NCBI GenBank assembly: GCA_963749495.1 | Contig: CAVVMW010000018.1 | Location: 1 to 64,000, forward strand | Direction: 5' to 3' | DNA: 64,000 bases | Source: an uncultured bacterium | Lineage (GTDB): Bacteria; Verrucomicrobiota; Verrucomicrobiia; Limisphaerales; UBA8199 | Shown here: in pieces, positions 21,541 through 31,967 of the stretch | How positions within the stretch are numbered: position 1 is the stretch's first letter | Layout of the letters: every line of letters begins with the position of its first letter | The notes under the pieces: model-generated | The model's database searches: none | Seen by the model: the letters and a program-made list of their open reading frames with translations, nothing else | What the model was told of the DNA's origin: nothing | Program-made: the position numbers and the translations under genes

Positions 21541-22515
21541 TCACAGGCCAGGCCGGCGGACCGGCGGTTTCCAGCCTTGATGCCACTCCAGTTGCCACAA
21601 GTTCTCCAACCGCACCAGGGCCACGTGGCCGTCGTAAAAGGAGACGTTGATGGCGCCGGGCAACCGGGCTCGCGGCGGCCAAGTCGAGGGAACGCTGGCT
21701 GGCCTGGAGCCATGACGGGGGATCGTCAGCAGGTTCATGCCCCAGGAAGGGGAGCCGCCAGGCAGGCCCATTTGCAGGTTGGCCGCCGGCAGGTCCGTCT
21801 CGCTGGGCCAGCACCAACCAAAGGTGATCCCGTCCGCGAAGACCGGCGTTTGGGACGTGTGTGCAATCTGCTCTTCCTTTTTGAAGAGCCAATCCGATCT
21901 CCCATAACCATAAGGCGACCCATACCATCCGTCCCACCACCCCCACCAGCCGCTTACCCAATTGTTGGCTGTGTAACTCCCAACTCGATTTGTGCGGTCC
22001 AACGGGTTCGGCCCATACCACCACCACCACCAGTCCCCCAACGTCCGCCAGGCCGAATTGACCGTGCCGGCATAGCACGGGCCGGGACCGGGACCGAAGG
22101 GCATCCAGGAATTGGTGATTGACGGCGCTACAGGCGCCTCGGGACAAATCCAGCATTCGTTTGCCTTGCCCCAGCGCTTCACATACCAGCCTGCCAGACC
22201 CGAGTTTTCGTAGCCGTACCCATACGCATAAGGATAAGGACCGCCCGGACCCCAAGGGCCGGGCCCGTTCAACTGGCCTGAATCCTCATCCACAGCGGCC
22301 TTGAAGCCGAGGGTGATCTGGCGCAGGTTGCCCAGGCATTGCAAACTCCGGGCTTTGGCTTTTGCCCGCGACAACACGGGCAACAGCAAGGCCGCCAAAA
22401 TGGCGATGACCGCTATAACCACCAGCAGTTCAATCAAGGTAAAACCACCGCGGCCTTGGGCGCTCGGTAACTTCGCTGGGCGGGCAAGGGGCGGCAAACG
22501 AAACGGCTGTTTCAT
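21541..22515 (-). CDS. Prepilin-type N-terminal / H-X9-DG-like protein
   Basis: [53 protein letters not shown]. Confidence 0.88.
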   Translation of the reverse strand: MKQPFRLPPLARPAKLPSAQGRGGFTLIELLVVIAVIAILAALLLPVLSRAKAKARSLQCLGNLRQITLGFKAAVDEDSGQLNGPGPWGPGGPYPYAYGYGYENSGLAGWYVKRWGKANECWICPEAPVAPSITNSWMPFGPGPGPCYAGTVNSAWRTLGDWWWWWYGPNPLDRTNRVGSYTANNWVSGWWGWWDGWYGSPYGYGRSDWLFKKEEQIAHTSQTPVFADGITFGWCWPSETDLPAANLQMGLPGGSPSWGMNLLTIPRHGSRPASVPSTWPPRARLPGAINVSFYDGHVALVRLENLWQLEWHQGWKPPVRRPGL

Positions 22516-22845
22516 TTGGGCCTCCTTTGGGGGTTGTTCCACTCCGGACGGTTCGTCGGTTCGGGCTCATCTGAGACTGCACCGCCCGGTCCATCCGACC
22601 GGACGGCCTTTTGCAAAACGACTCTATCACAAACGAACCTTATGACAAGAGGGCATTCTCCACCCAAAAGTACCCGCTGATTGCAAAATCACGGTCTGGC
22701 TGATTGGTTAACCTCAAAACCGGGAAAGCAAGGGGACCAAAAAACTGGGCAGGCCTTTCGCCGTGCCCTTCAGTGCTCTCGTCCCACGAAAGCGAGGGCC
22801 TGGTTGGGCGCACGACAGAATTCCTCGGGTGCATGATGGAGTCGG

Positions 22846-22975
22846 CAGTGCGTGCTCTGGACGCCAAAGGCGTCGCTCATACCAGCCCAGGGCCTCGCCC
22901 TGGGAACAGCCGCCAATAATCATCCAGAGCGCTGAAAGCGCGATTCATCCTCAGGGCTTTATGAGGCAGGCCGTT
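22846..22975. repeat. REP-like element (GACGCCAAAGGCGTC / AGCGCTGAAAGCGCG family)
   Basis: Inverted near-identical copy at 44352-44485. Confidence 0.8.
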
Positions 22976-24596
22976 CCTGTCGGAGCGGCGAATCAGTGAT
23001 CCCCCGAGGGCGCACCCCGGGAGGTTGGCTCAAGTTCCGCGGGCGAGATGGCTCCCGAAGTCCAGGCTCCTCGAGAACATGGGACGGAATCAACAGTCGC
23101 TCCAGTTGGCGCGGTTCGGCCTTCAGCGCTCCGGAGCCGTAGCTCTTGGCTGTAAACGCGAGGTTCCGCACGGTGTCTGGGTGATTAAGCGCCCGCCACA
23201 ACCCTTCCACGGCTTCTGGCGATTCATCAAACGGGTACACACAAAGGAAGCCGGTGAGCGGCAAGGCGGCCGCGCGATTGAGCACGAAGCGGCAGGCTCT
23301 CCGCCCCAGGTACGCGAAGAGCAGCGGTGGCGGCGCCCGATGTTCCATTCTGTACCACGGGCGACGGGTTCGGATCAAAGACCGCTCAGGAAGCCCCTGC
23401 TCCTCTCCGACCGAGAGATAGTGCCTGAGGGGCTCGGGAAGATCCTCCTTCGGCACCGCCCCCAATTTCAGCAGCCAGCTTGCCCGGCCGCTGACTTCAA
23501 GGCCATCGAGATGGTCCTGGGTCAAAACGCTGTCTCGGCAATCCCGTGTCCGGCCAATCGCCCGAGCGAAATGACACTCACTCAGCCCAAATTCAGAGAT
23601 TTGCTTCCGCGTGAGGAAGAAAAACTGGTTCGCTCCTGTGGCGATGCCGCGGACCACCTTCGCGAACGACGATAGCGGCAGGCCGTTCATTTCGGGCCTT
23701 GGGGGCCGTGATAACCCGGTGCTGAGGGCTTCGGATAATTGTCTGATGACGGCCGAATGATCTCGGGCCCCATCCGCTCGGAGGGCAGCGAGGATTGCCA
23801 GCGGGTCACGTTTTTGAACCCGAAGCCAGAGGACCGACTCGGCCGGGTGCCGCTTTGAGAGCAGAAACACCATTGCATTCGTGTCAACCTGGGGAAACGG
23901 CGCCGCTTCCTCCGTGAATGTCATCACGGCTTCGAGGCAAAATCGCTCACAAATCCGCCCCCACACGCGAGCAGAGGAAACCCCTTCACAGACATCGGCG
24001 GGCAGCAGGAAGGCGAGCCTGCCCTCGTTGTCCAGAATTTCGAGGGACTTCAATAAGAAGTACAAATGGAGGCCCACTCTCCCATCCAGGGGGAAGCCCA
24101 ACCACCGCACGGCCAAGGCGCGCAACTCCTGCTTTTCCCTGGCGGTGAGTCTGTGATGTCTGATGTAAGGCGGGTTTGAGATGATTGCCGGGTAGCGGTG
24201 GTCCACAGTGGCGCGAATGAAGTCCCCTTCCGTGACCTGTCCAAAATCCGAGTCCACCAACTTGTTTGGATCGCGCTCCGCGAAAACTTGAGTATGGAGT
24301 TCGTACCCCGCGAAGGCACCCGCGTAGCCGACTGACCGGGCAGCGGCGAAAAATGTCCCTGGCCCGACCGCGGGGTCAAAAAGCACCGCCGGAGAGTTCA
24401 CCGTCACCCACGCGGCCATCGTTTCGGCCAGCCATGGGGGAGTCCAAAACTGCCCTTTTTCCCGCATGGCCTCTCTTTTGTGCCACTCGGCCGGCACTCG
24501 CTGGTCTTCTCTTAGGGTCTCGAAAGCCCTGCGAATAAGCGGCAAGGAATCCGCCTGCGGCGCGTCCGAACTCCTCATCGCAAACTTCTTCTTCAT
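22959..24596 (-). CDS. N6-adenine DNA methyltransferase (gamma order, Eco57I-like)
   Basis: GQFWTP, FDPAVGPGTF, IISNPPYIRH, RGIATGANQFF, YGSGALKAEP. Confidence 0.88.
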   Translation of the reverse strand: MKKKFAMRSSDAPQADSLPLIRRAFETLREDQRVPAEWHKREAMREKGQFWTPPWLAETMAAWVTVNSPAVLFDPAVGPGTFFAAARSVGYAGAFAGYELHTQVFAERDPNKLVDSDFGQVTEGDFIRATVDHRYPAIISNPPYIRHHRLTAREKQELRALAVRWLGFPLDGRVGLHLYFLLKSLEILDNEGRLAFLLPADVCEGVSSARVWGRICERFCLEAVMTFTEEAAPFPQVDTNAMVFLLSKRHPAESVLWLRVQKRDPLAILAALRADGARDHSAVIRQLSEALSTGLSRPPRPEMNGLPLSSFAKVVRGIATGANQFFFLTRKQISEFGLSECHFARAIGRTRDCRDSVLTQDHLDGLEVSGRASWLLKLGAVPKEDLPEPLRHYLSVGEEQGLPERSLIRTRRPWYRMEHRAPPPLLFAYLGRRACRFVLNRAAALPLTGFLCVYPFDESPEAVEGLWRALNHPDTVRNLAFTAKSYGSGALKAEPRQLERLLIPSHVLEEPGLREPSRPRNLSQPPGVRPRGITDSPLRQERPAS

Positions 24597-24744
24597 ACCA
24601 CCGATGCTCCTGACGGAGAGTGTTGCGGCTCGTTCCAGAAAGAATCAAGGGTTATTGGACATTGCCTTGGAATTCGGGCCGGGGCGCCTGCGCCAGGAAT
24701 GGGGTGTGTTGCTGGAAGATGATACGAGCGAAGATCGCAGCTCT

Positions 24745-24920
24745 CTGAGATGATCTGGCTCTTTGATCCTTCGTTTCCTTCGTTTCCTTCGTTTCCTTCT
24801 GTTCTTTTCCAGCGTCCCACCGGCTGGGCACAGGAACAGAACAGAAGGAAACGAAGGAAACGAAGAGGCGGCCGGATGGGACGGCATCGTTGTGGTCCGT
24901 GCCAGTTCGTATCTGGATGC
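24745..24920. repeat. GGAAACGAA-arm REP-like element, copy 2
   Basis: Matches 9926-10140 (inverted) and 49845-50058. Confidence 0.8.
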
Positions 24921-25062
24921 CGCGTGCCGATAGATCGGGGCGCGCGCCTTGACCTCATCGAGGGACGCGTAGCGCACCTTGTTCCATTTCATGAAAAGCT
25001 TCCAGGGTCCGCCGCCGAAGCCGTCGTAATCGAAATCGCAGTCGAGCACGGGCGGGTTGCAC

Positions 25063-26623
25063 TCATAAGCCAGGGGCTGTGCTGGGCACACCGGCGCTTT
25101 CCGAGCCGTCATCGGCGGGGGCAAGGCTGGCGATGGGCAGGGCCTCGTCGGGCAGGGCGATGCGCAGGTCGAAGGGGGCGCTGCGGAGCGCGTCGAGGAC
25201 CTCGAAGGCCGGCGCAGTCGAAAAAGCGTTTGTTGGTCACCCGGTATTGGACATAGCGGGCAGTCACGGGGTGCTCGGGAACGCAGCGGAAGGTGCCGGC
25301 GGTCATGGTCTCCTCATCAGTCCACATATAGTTGGCCGGGAGGTCTTTCCAATAGAGGTTGAGCTTGAGGAAGCCCTGCGAACGGTAGTCCTTTGCGTCC
25401 ATTGAGGTGAGGACTTCAACCTGGTCCTGGACCTCGCCCTTGAGGGCATCCCACCAGGGATAGCCGTGGAGATTCATGCCGAAGCTGGCGCAGGTTGAAG
25501 GGGCGCCCAGGTCTAGCGTGATAACCGGGTTGACCTTCTCGGGCCAAATCGCCCCGGAGCGATACGAACTGCCGCCGGCGCAAGAGGGACCTCCGGCGCC
25601 GCTGGTCAATTTCTTGCCGTCGGGGTCGCCGGCGCCCCAACTGTCGCCCGAGGGCGCCGAGAGGGTATAGGGTTTGCCCAGGGCAATGTTCCTGCCGCAG
25701 GTCAGCCACTGCGGGACGAACTTGGTTGCCGAAGCCGCGTCTTGTCCGTCGGAATAACCCTCCCTGGCCTCCTGCAGCGCGCCTTGCAAGTTGAGGCGCA
25801 TCCAGTTCATGACGGGGTGGTCTTCGCCGCCGACATTGAGGGCGTATTTGAAGGGCAGCCGAGTGACGGTCTGGGTGTGGCTGCGCTCGACGAGCGAGCG
25901 GTCTTTCTGCCGCTCCGACCAGTTGAAAGTGACCTGGAGCGGGCTGAAGGCGGTGTCGGCCCCGGTGAGGAAGCCGTTGGGGCCGCTGGCATAGAGGCAG
26001 TGGTATTTGGCCACATGCCCGCGCTCGGATTGGCCGCCCGAGGCGGGGCAGGCGCCGTCGCAGCCGATGTCCTCGACGCCGGCGATGGTCGAGCCATCGC
26101 ACAGGGTGTAAAGGGCGGACATCGAGTTGTCGTACATGTGCCAGCGGCCGTCGTAAAAGACCTCCGGCACGGTGTGCAGGGTGATGTCCCAGAATTTGAC
26201 CGGCAGGCCCATGTGATGCCAGATGGCGCAGTTGACCCCGGCGATGGTGCTGCACATCGTGTAGCCGTAATCGTTGAACTGGCGGATGGGATCTGTCAGT
26301 TCCATCCCGTGCAGGCTCATCGGCGTTGTCTGGCGCCGGGCGATGTGGTTGCAGTAGAACATCGCCCAGCACTTCTCGGACGGGGTCGGCCACTTGGCGG
26401 TGACGCTGTGCACCAGGCCCGGCATGTCCGTGTAATCGGGCGAGGCATCGGTGACGACGCGCGGGTTGCAGACCTCGGCCGCGGCCCCGAGGGCCAGGAG
26501 CAGCATCGCCGCCGCGGCAGTCATCCAAGCGCACAGGCCCCGTTCGGGCGCCTGCACCAGGTTCACAACCTCACTGCGCTGCGCGGGCGGGGCGCCCGCG
26601 CTCCGGGTCTTTCGCATGTCCAT
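25063..26623 (-). CDS. Secreted protein with transglutaminase-like triad and discoidin-like domain (frameshift near 25205; possibly internally deleted)
   Basis: Signal peptide, GYTMCSTIAG, HTVPEVFYDGRWHMYDN; NIALGKPYT, ITLDLG, ARYVQYRV; shifted frame gives LEVLDALRSAPFDLRIALPDE. Confidence 0.6.
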
Positions 26624-26681
26624 ATCGCCTCCGGGTATAGAGCCGGAGAGCACGCGGGTTCAAGCACAAGAAAGGGAAAGT

Positions 26682-26827
26682 TTACCAGGCGGGATACTCA
26701 GAGCCGGTCCACGGATCGATCCGGACGCAGCCCGCGAAGCCCGTCTTGTCGGCGCTGACTACCTTGGCTCCCATCGATCGCGCAATGGCGCCGATCAGCG
26801 ATCAGCCAAATACGTCAGAAGGGGCAT
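26682..26827 (-). pseudogene. Internally deleted PIN/VapC toxin remnant
   Basis: ATG overlaps the upstream gene end; remnant reads LIGAIARSMGAKVVSADKTGFAGCVRIDPW, like a PIN C-terminus. Confidence 0.6.
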
Positions 26828-27084
26828 GGCGGCACAGGTTTGCGGGCATTCTCAGCCCGCTCGATCCTCACCCCCTGTTTGCCCATCTCCCCGATCACAT
26901 CGAATAAGTCCAAGCCATTGTTCGAACCGGCCCATTGGCGGCGGTTGCGGCTGCGAGGAACTCCCTGCGAATACGGTGCCACGTGCCATTCGTCCCCCGA
27001 TTGGGTCACAAGATATTTGCGGCCAGGCTGGGCACCCCGAATGGGGATTCGTCTCTTGTCATCGGCGGTTACGAGCGTCGTCAT
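26815..27084 (-). CDS. Small AbrB-like putative antitoxin
   Basis: 89 aa, VTADDKRRIPIRGAQPGRKYLV; overlaps the PIN remnant. Confidence 0.55.
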   Translation of the reverse strand: MTTLVTADDKRRIPIRGAQPGRKYLVTQSGDEWHVAPYSQGVPRSRNRRQWAGSNNGLDLFDVIGEMGKQGVRIERAENARKPVPPCPF

Positions 27085-27151
27085 GTGGGCAATGTCCCAC
27101 TCAATCGGGGCTCGATCAAGCCCTTTCCTGGCAGCCGAGAAGTCGCTGGGC

Positions 27152-28493
27152 TCACGGCCCCGGCTTTACGCTGTGGTCGGGGGCAAATGCCTCGACGAAT
27201 TTCACGATGGCTCGGACGTCGTGGTAGTTGGCCTTCCAACTGTGGGCCTTGGCGGTGACCTTGGGACGGCCGTCGGCGGCGACGGTGTCCAGCCAGATGC
27301 CATCGGCGGGGTTGGCCTGGTGGGCGAGGACAAACTGGAGCAGCTTGTCCAGGGCCGCGGCCTGGGCTTGGTCGTCCTTGTGTTTGAGGGCATCGGTCAA
27401 TGCGGCGAGCATCTCGGCCTGGACCCACCAGACCTTGTCGGTGTCGTTGGCGGGGTGGTCGTCGACGCCGCGGCTGTAAAGCCCCCCCCGGTCGTGGTCG
27501 GAGCCGTATTTGAGGGCGTGGTCGAGGTGGGCGTAGAAATGGTCCCAGGAGGGCTGGCGCCCCAGCACATTCTGGGCGCGGAGCATGAGCCAGGCGAATT
27601 CGACGTTGTGGCCGTAAGAGAGGCCCTGGCTGGAGGGCTCGGTGGCCGGCGCCCAATCCGGGTGGCGATGGAAGCTGGATTGGCCGGGAGCCTTGGGATA
27701 AAACCAGGTCATGTTGATCCGGAGCGCCTCGGCGAGGGACTCGCTGACTGCGGCATCGCGCGTGGCGTCGCAGAGTTCGGCCAGCGCCTCCATGAGGTGG
27801 AGGTGGGTGTTGGCGCTCTTGCGCCCGGCCACTTCCACAATCGCCTGGGCCTGACTGTCCAGGATCGGTGTCCAGTCCCTCTGGAAATGCTCGAACCAGC
27901 CGCCATTTTGGACATCGTGGGCGCGTTTCTGGATGACCGTGTAGAGCTCCATGGCGTTGGTGAGGGCGGTGCGGTCGCCGCCGGCACGGTCAGTACTCCA
28001 CAAAGGCATAAATGACGAAGGCCTCGCCGTAGAGCAGCTTGCGCTGGTCCAGCGGCTTGCCGGCCAGGTCGGTAGTCCAGTAGTAGCCGCCATATTCCTT
28101 GTCCAGGAAATGGTCGAGCAGGAAGCGGTAGCCCTGCTCCGCCGCCTTGAGGTAGTTGCGCGAGCCGTCGCTCAACCCTTTGATGTGGGCGTGCGAGAAC
28201 CCCCAAATCATGCGCGCTTGAGTGACGATCTGTTTTTCACGCGCGGGCGGCGCCTTTTTGGCGGCGTCATCCGAGAGGAGGTAACCGCCATTCTGCCGGT
28301 CGAGGGCGGTGTCATACCAATAGGGCATGATCTTCTGGGAGAGTTGGCTGCGCAGTTCGAGGGCGTACTGCGCCCGGTCCTTGGCGAGGCACGGGCCTGC
28401 CAGACCGCACAGCACTGTTGCGCAAACCAGCCAATGGATGTGCGGGAAAAGCCAGCCGTGCCCGCCGACACATGAGCGCGTGATGTGAATCAT
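27152..28493 (-). CDS. AGE-family epimerase (cellobiose 2-epimerase-like), frameshift near 27993
   Basis: QARMIWGFSHA, DKEYGGYYW, YGEAFVIYA; then KSANTHLHLMEA, SYGHNVEFAWL, WWVQAE, WKANYH. Confidence 0.85.
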
Positions 28494-28636
28494 GGCCCAG
28501 TCATGCCCGAAAGGCCGCCCCGAGGCAAGCCCTCTGGCATCCCTCCGGGAAGATATGGAATGCCTGCTCGTTGGGCACAGCGCCGCCCGGTTTTGGGGGA
28601 TTGTCATAGTGTCGCCAGTTGTGCTACGCTCCAATT

Positions 28637-28927
28637 ATGGCAACACAGCCGATGTCCATCAGGTTCGATGAAGAGGTGCGCTCGCTTCTTAGGGAGGGCG
28701 TGCGCCGCACGCCACTGACCAAGCAGGAACTCGTAAGGCGCACGGTCCGGCTGCACCTGCGGTCCGTCATTGAGCAGGAGGCCTCTACCCCGATTGCGCG
28801 TCTGACGAACGTCAAACCGTGGCCCAAGGACGTTCTGACCAGGGCCTGGAAACGCACCGACAAAGACTGGGAGAAGGCCGAGGCCGCCGCCATGGCGGCT
28901 CGACGGCCACCGCGCTGGGATGACTGA
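28637..28927 (+). CDS. Ribbon-helix-helix-like putative antitoxin
   Basis: PMSIRFDEEVRSLL..TKQELVRRTVR; TGATG-coupled to a 7-codon MKPWEMS stub. Confidence 0.55.
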   Translation: MATQPMSIRFDEEVRSLLREGVRRTPLTKQELVRRTVRLHLRSVIEQEASTPIARLTNVKPWPKDVLTRAWKRTDKDWEKAEAAAMAARRPPRWDD

Positions 28928-29022
28928 TGAAACCCTGGGAAATGAGCTGACACAGTGCAGGGGGGCCGTGAATTTCGAACGCCGCCGCCCAATTACCCAG
29001 CGCGTCATCGCAAGCCTGGGCC

Positions 29023-30861
29023 TTAGCCCAGCGCCTTGACCTTCCGGACGATCGCGGCGGCATCGATGCCGTATTTGGCGAGCAACTCCTCCGGTTTGCC
29101 CGAGCGCGGGAGTTCGAGGACGGCCAGTTTGTGGACCTTGAGGCCTTCGGCGCTCAGTTCGCCGGCCACGGCGTCGCCCAGGCCGCCCTGGGCGTAATGG
29201 TCTTCCACAGTCAGGACAAGGTTGTTGGTCTTCTGGGCCGCGGCCTTGATGATGTCTCGCGCGAGGGGTTTGACGCTGTAAGCATCGATGACGGTGATGC
29301 CGAGGCCCTCATTCTTGAGGGCCTCGGCGGCCTTGAGGGCCTCGTGCAGGGTCACACCCGCCGCGACCACGGTGAGGCGGTCGCCCGGGGCCTGCCGAAG
29401 CACCTTGGCGCCGCCGATCGGGAAGGGTTCGTCGTTGTTGTAGAGGACGGGCGTTTTGGGCCGGGAGGTGCGCAGGAAGCAGACGCCCTTGTGCATCGCC
29501 ATCTGTTCCATCAGTTTCTCGGCGGCGACGGCGTCGCTCGGGTAAAGGACAACGCTGCCGGCCACCGCCCGCATCATGGCGAGGTCTTCGAGACCCATTT
29601 GCGAGGGACCGTCTTCGCCGATGCTCACCCCCACGTGCGAGCCCGCCAGCTTGATATTGGCGCCCGAGATGCCGGCAATGCGGATTTGGTCGAAGGCGCG
29701 CGTGAAGAAGGCGGCGAAGGTCGAGGCGAAAGGCACCTTGCCGCGCACGGCAAAGCCGGTGGCCACGCCGACCATGTTCTGCTCGGCGATGAAGCACTCG
29801 ACGGACCGATGGGGGAACTTCCTGAAGAATTTCTCGGAATAGGTCGAGTTCTTGGTGTCGCCGTCCAGGGCGACCAGACGCGGGTCGGCATCGCCCATGC
29901 GGACCAGGCCGTTGCCGAAGGCCTCGCGCGTGGCGACCATGTCGCCCGGTTTGTAATTGAGGGCGGGATAGGAGGCGGGCGGGGAGTTGTTGGGGGCGGG
30001 CAGTTGTGTGGGGACGGGGATAGGCTGGCCGATGCCGGACTTGGCGGTGGGTTGGAGCTCAGCGAGGGCGCGCGCAGCCTCCTCCTTGGAGAGGGCCCTG
30101 CCGTGCCAGCCCTCTTTGTCCTGGAGGAACGAGACGCCGGCGCCTTTGAGCGTTTTGGCGAGAATGACCAGCGGCTGCGTGCCCAGGCCCACCGCAGCCA
30201 GGACCTCGATGATTTCGTCGAGGTCGTGTCCATCGATCTCCTCGGTGCGCCAGCCGAAGGCCTCGAAGCGTTTCCTGTAAGCCGCCAGGTCGTGGCCCAG
30301 GGCGGTGGCTTGGCTCTGGCCCAGCCGGTTAACGTCCACGATGCCGACCAGGTTGTTGAGTTGGTGATAGCCGGCCAGCGAGGCGGCCTCCCAGACCGAG
30401 CCCTCCGCGCACTCGCCGTCACCCATCAACACATAAGTGCGATAGTCCAGGCGGTCCATCCGGGCGCAAAGGGCCATGCCGACCCCGACGCTCAGCCCCT
30501 GGCCCAGCGAGCCTGTCGCTACATCCGCAAAGGCCAGGCGCGGCGTGGGATGGCCCTCGAGGTCCGAGCCGATCTGGCGCAGTTTGAGCAGTTCCTCAGC
30601 CGGGAAAAGACCGGTCTCGGCCCAAGCCGCGTAGAGCAGCGGCGCCGCGTGCCCCTTGGACAAGATGAAACGGTCGTTGTTGTAGTGATGCGGATTCCTG
30701 GGGTCGTAGCGCATGTGCCCGAAGAAAAGCGCCGCGGCCAGGTCTGCCGCCGAGAGGCAGGAGGTCGGATGTCCGCTGCCGGCCGCCGTGGTCGCGGCAA
30801 TCGAGTGGATCCGCAACTGGTTGGCGATACCCTTCAGGGTTTCAATATCAATGTCATTCAT
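29023..30861 (-). CDS. tkt: Transketolase
   Basis: GSGHPTSC, LSKGHAAP, EGHPTP, GSLGQG, GDGECAEG, IAEQNMVG, GEDGPSQM, VEDH. Confidence 0.95.
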   Translation of the reverse strand: MNDIDIETLKGIANQLRIHSIAATTAAGSGHPTSCLSAADLAAALFFGHMRYDPRNPHHYNNDRFILSKGHAAPLLYAAWAETGLFPAEELLKLRQIGSDLEGHPTPRLAFADVATGSLGQGLSVGVGMALCARMDRLDYRTYVLMGDGECAEGSVWEAASLAGYHQLNNLVGIVDVNRLGQSQATALGHDLAAYRKRFEAFGWRTEEIDGHDLDEIIEVLAAVGLGTQPLVILAKTLKGAGVSFLQDKEGWHGRALSKEEAARALAELQPTAKSGIGQPIPVPTQLPAPNNSPPASYPALNYKPGDMVATREAFGNGLVRMGDADPRLVALDGDTKNSTYSEKFFRKFPHRSVECFIAEQNMVGVATGFAVRGKVPFASTFAAFFTRAFDQIRIAGISGANIKLAGSHVGVSIGEDGPSQMGLEDLAMMRAVAGSVVLYPSDAVAAEKLMEQMAMHKGVCFLRTSRPKTPVLYNNDEPFPIGGAKVLRQAPGDRLTVVAAGVTLHEALKAAEALKNEGLGITVIDAYSVKPLARDIIKAAAQKTNNLVLTVEDHYAQGGLGDAVAGELSAEGLKVHKLAVLELPRSGKPEELLAKYGIDAAAIVRKVKALG

Positions 30862-30914
30862 GAGTGCAAGAAAATGTAGGCGTGAAAACGCAAAAGGAAA
30901 GGACAAATCCAGGC

Positions 30915-31568
30915 TCACCTGAGGGCGTGTCCGGGGATGGTGCAGGTGGGACTGATGCCGACGGGGTTGAGGGTATAAACACCGGAGGCGGGGCAGACCG
31001 GCGGGCCGTTGGCCTTGAGGTAAGGCATCAGGCTGTCCATGGTCAGGAGCGCGCCCCTGGGTTTGTTGTTGTCCTGGGCCCATTGCTGCTTGGCGGCCTC
31101 GATGCTCCGGAGGTTGGCGATGCAGGCATTCGAGTTGGCCTGCTCGGGAGTGGCGGCGACGACAGCGTAGCGCTTCTGGAGGGCCTCGCGCGCGGCCGCG
31201 ACCTGGGCGGCGGCCGCTGCCTCGGCCGGGTCCGCCGGCGCCGGATTTTGGCGCATGGCCAGCGCCTGGGCTTGGGCGGTCTCAACCTGCTTGCCGAGTT
31301 GGGCCTTGGTGTCGCGCAACTGGCGCACCTCGTTGCGCAGCCGCAGCAATTCCTCCTGGTCCTTGCGCAGCCGTGCCATCTCTTCCTCCATCTGTTTCTG
31401 GCGGGTCGCCGCCCCCTCCGAATCCGCGAGCCCTTGCTGGAGTCGCTGGTTTTCTTCGCGCAGCGCAGCCACATCGGCCTCTCTTTTCACATTCGTCGAG
31501 TAAAGCCAGCCCGCACCGGCGAGCAAGCCCACTACGCATAACCACGGCAGCACTGCTTTCATATTCAT
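30915..31568 (-). CDS. Membrane-anchored coiled-coil protein with pilin-like C-terminal Cys domain
   Basis: N-terminal TM helix, LLRLRNEVRQLR coil, CIANLRSIEAAKQQWA..CPASGVY..PTCTIPGH. Confidence 0.65.
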   Translation of the reverse strand: MNMKAVLPWLCVVGLLAGAGWLYSTNVKREADVAALREENQRLQQGLADSEGAATRQKQMEEEMARLRKDQEELLRLRNEVRQLRDTKAQLGKQVETAQAQALAMRQNPAPADPAEAAAAAQVAAAREALQKRYAVVAATPEQANSNACIANLRSIEAAKQQWAQDNNKPRGALLTMDSLMPYLKANGPPVCPASGVYTLNPVGISPTCTIPGHALR

Positions 31569-31710
31569 CGCCAAGCCCCTTCCAGAAACGTCCGCAGACC
31601 CCCGGCTCGCCGGCAGTCCGCACTCCAGTTGATTTGCCCAGCCGGCAGGAGTATCCGATGCAATCCAGCCCAAAGCAATACTCAAATCCGGCCAAGGGCT
31701 GGGACGAACA

Positions 31711-31878
31711 GGGGCGTTGACAAAGTCGTAGCGCAGGTTTCCAAACCTGCTGTATCGCCGATTTCCAATCGGCAGGGCGTCGGCATGTCGAGCGCCCCCG
31801 GTTTGCGGAGGGCCTGCGGGTTTGGAAACCTGCGCTACCCTGGCGCCCAGGTGCGCCGAGTGACTTTGTCAATGGCCC
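31711..31878. repeat. TIR-bounded GTAG-REP element, copy C
   Basis: GGGCGTTGACAAAGTC-GTAG...CTAC...GACTTTGTCAATGGCCC. Confidence 0.85.
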
Positions 31879-31967
31879 GGCCGCGACGAGGTTTTCCTTT
31901 TGGCGGACCCTGGAACCGGCCCTATATTGAGGAGCTGTGAACGGCGCCTCCATGGCCGCCAAAGCTC

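Noticed and set aside
29131..30879. Long antisense ORFs (also 1090-2388, 14664-16025, 17707-19158, 51807-52991, 61917-63011)
   Set aside because: Shadows of real genes in GC-rich DNA; no recognisable motifs
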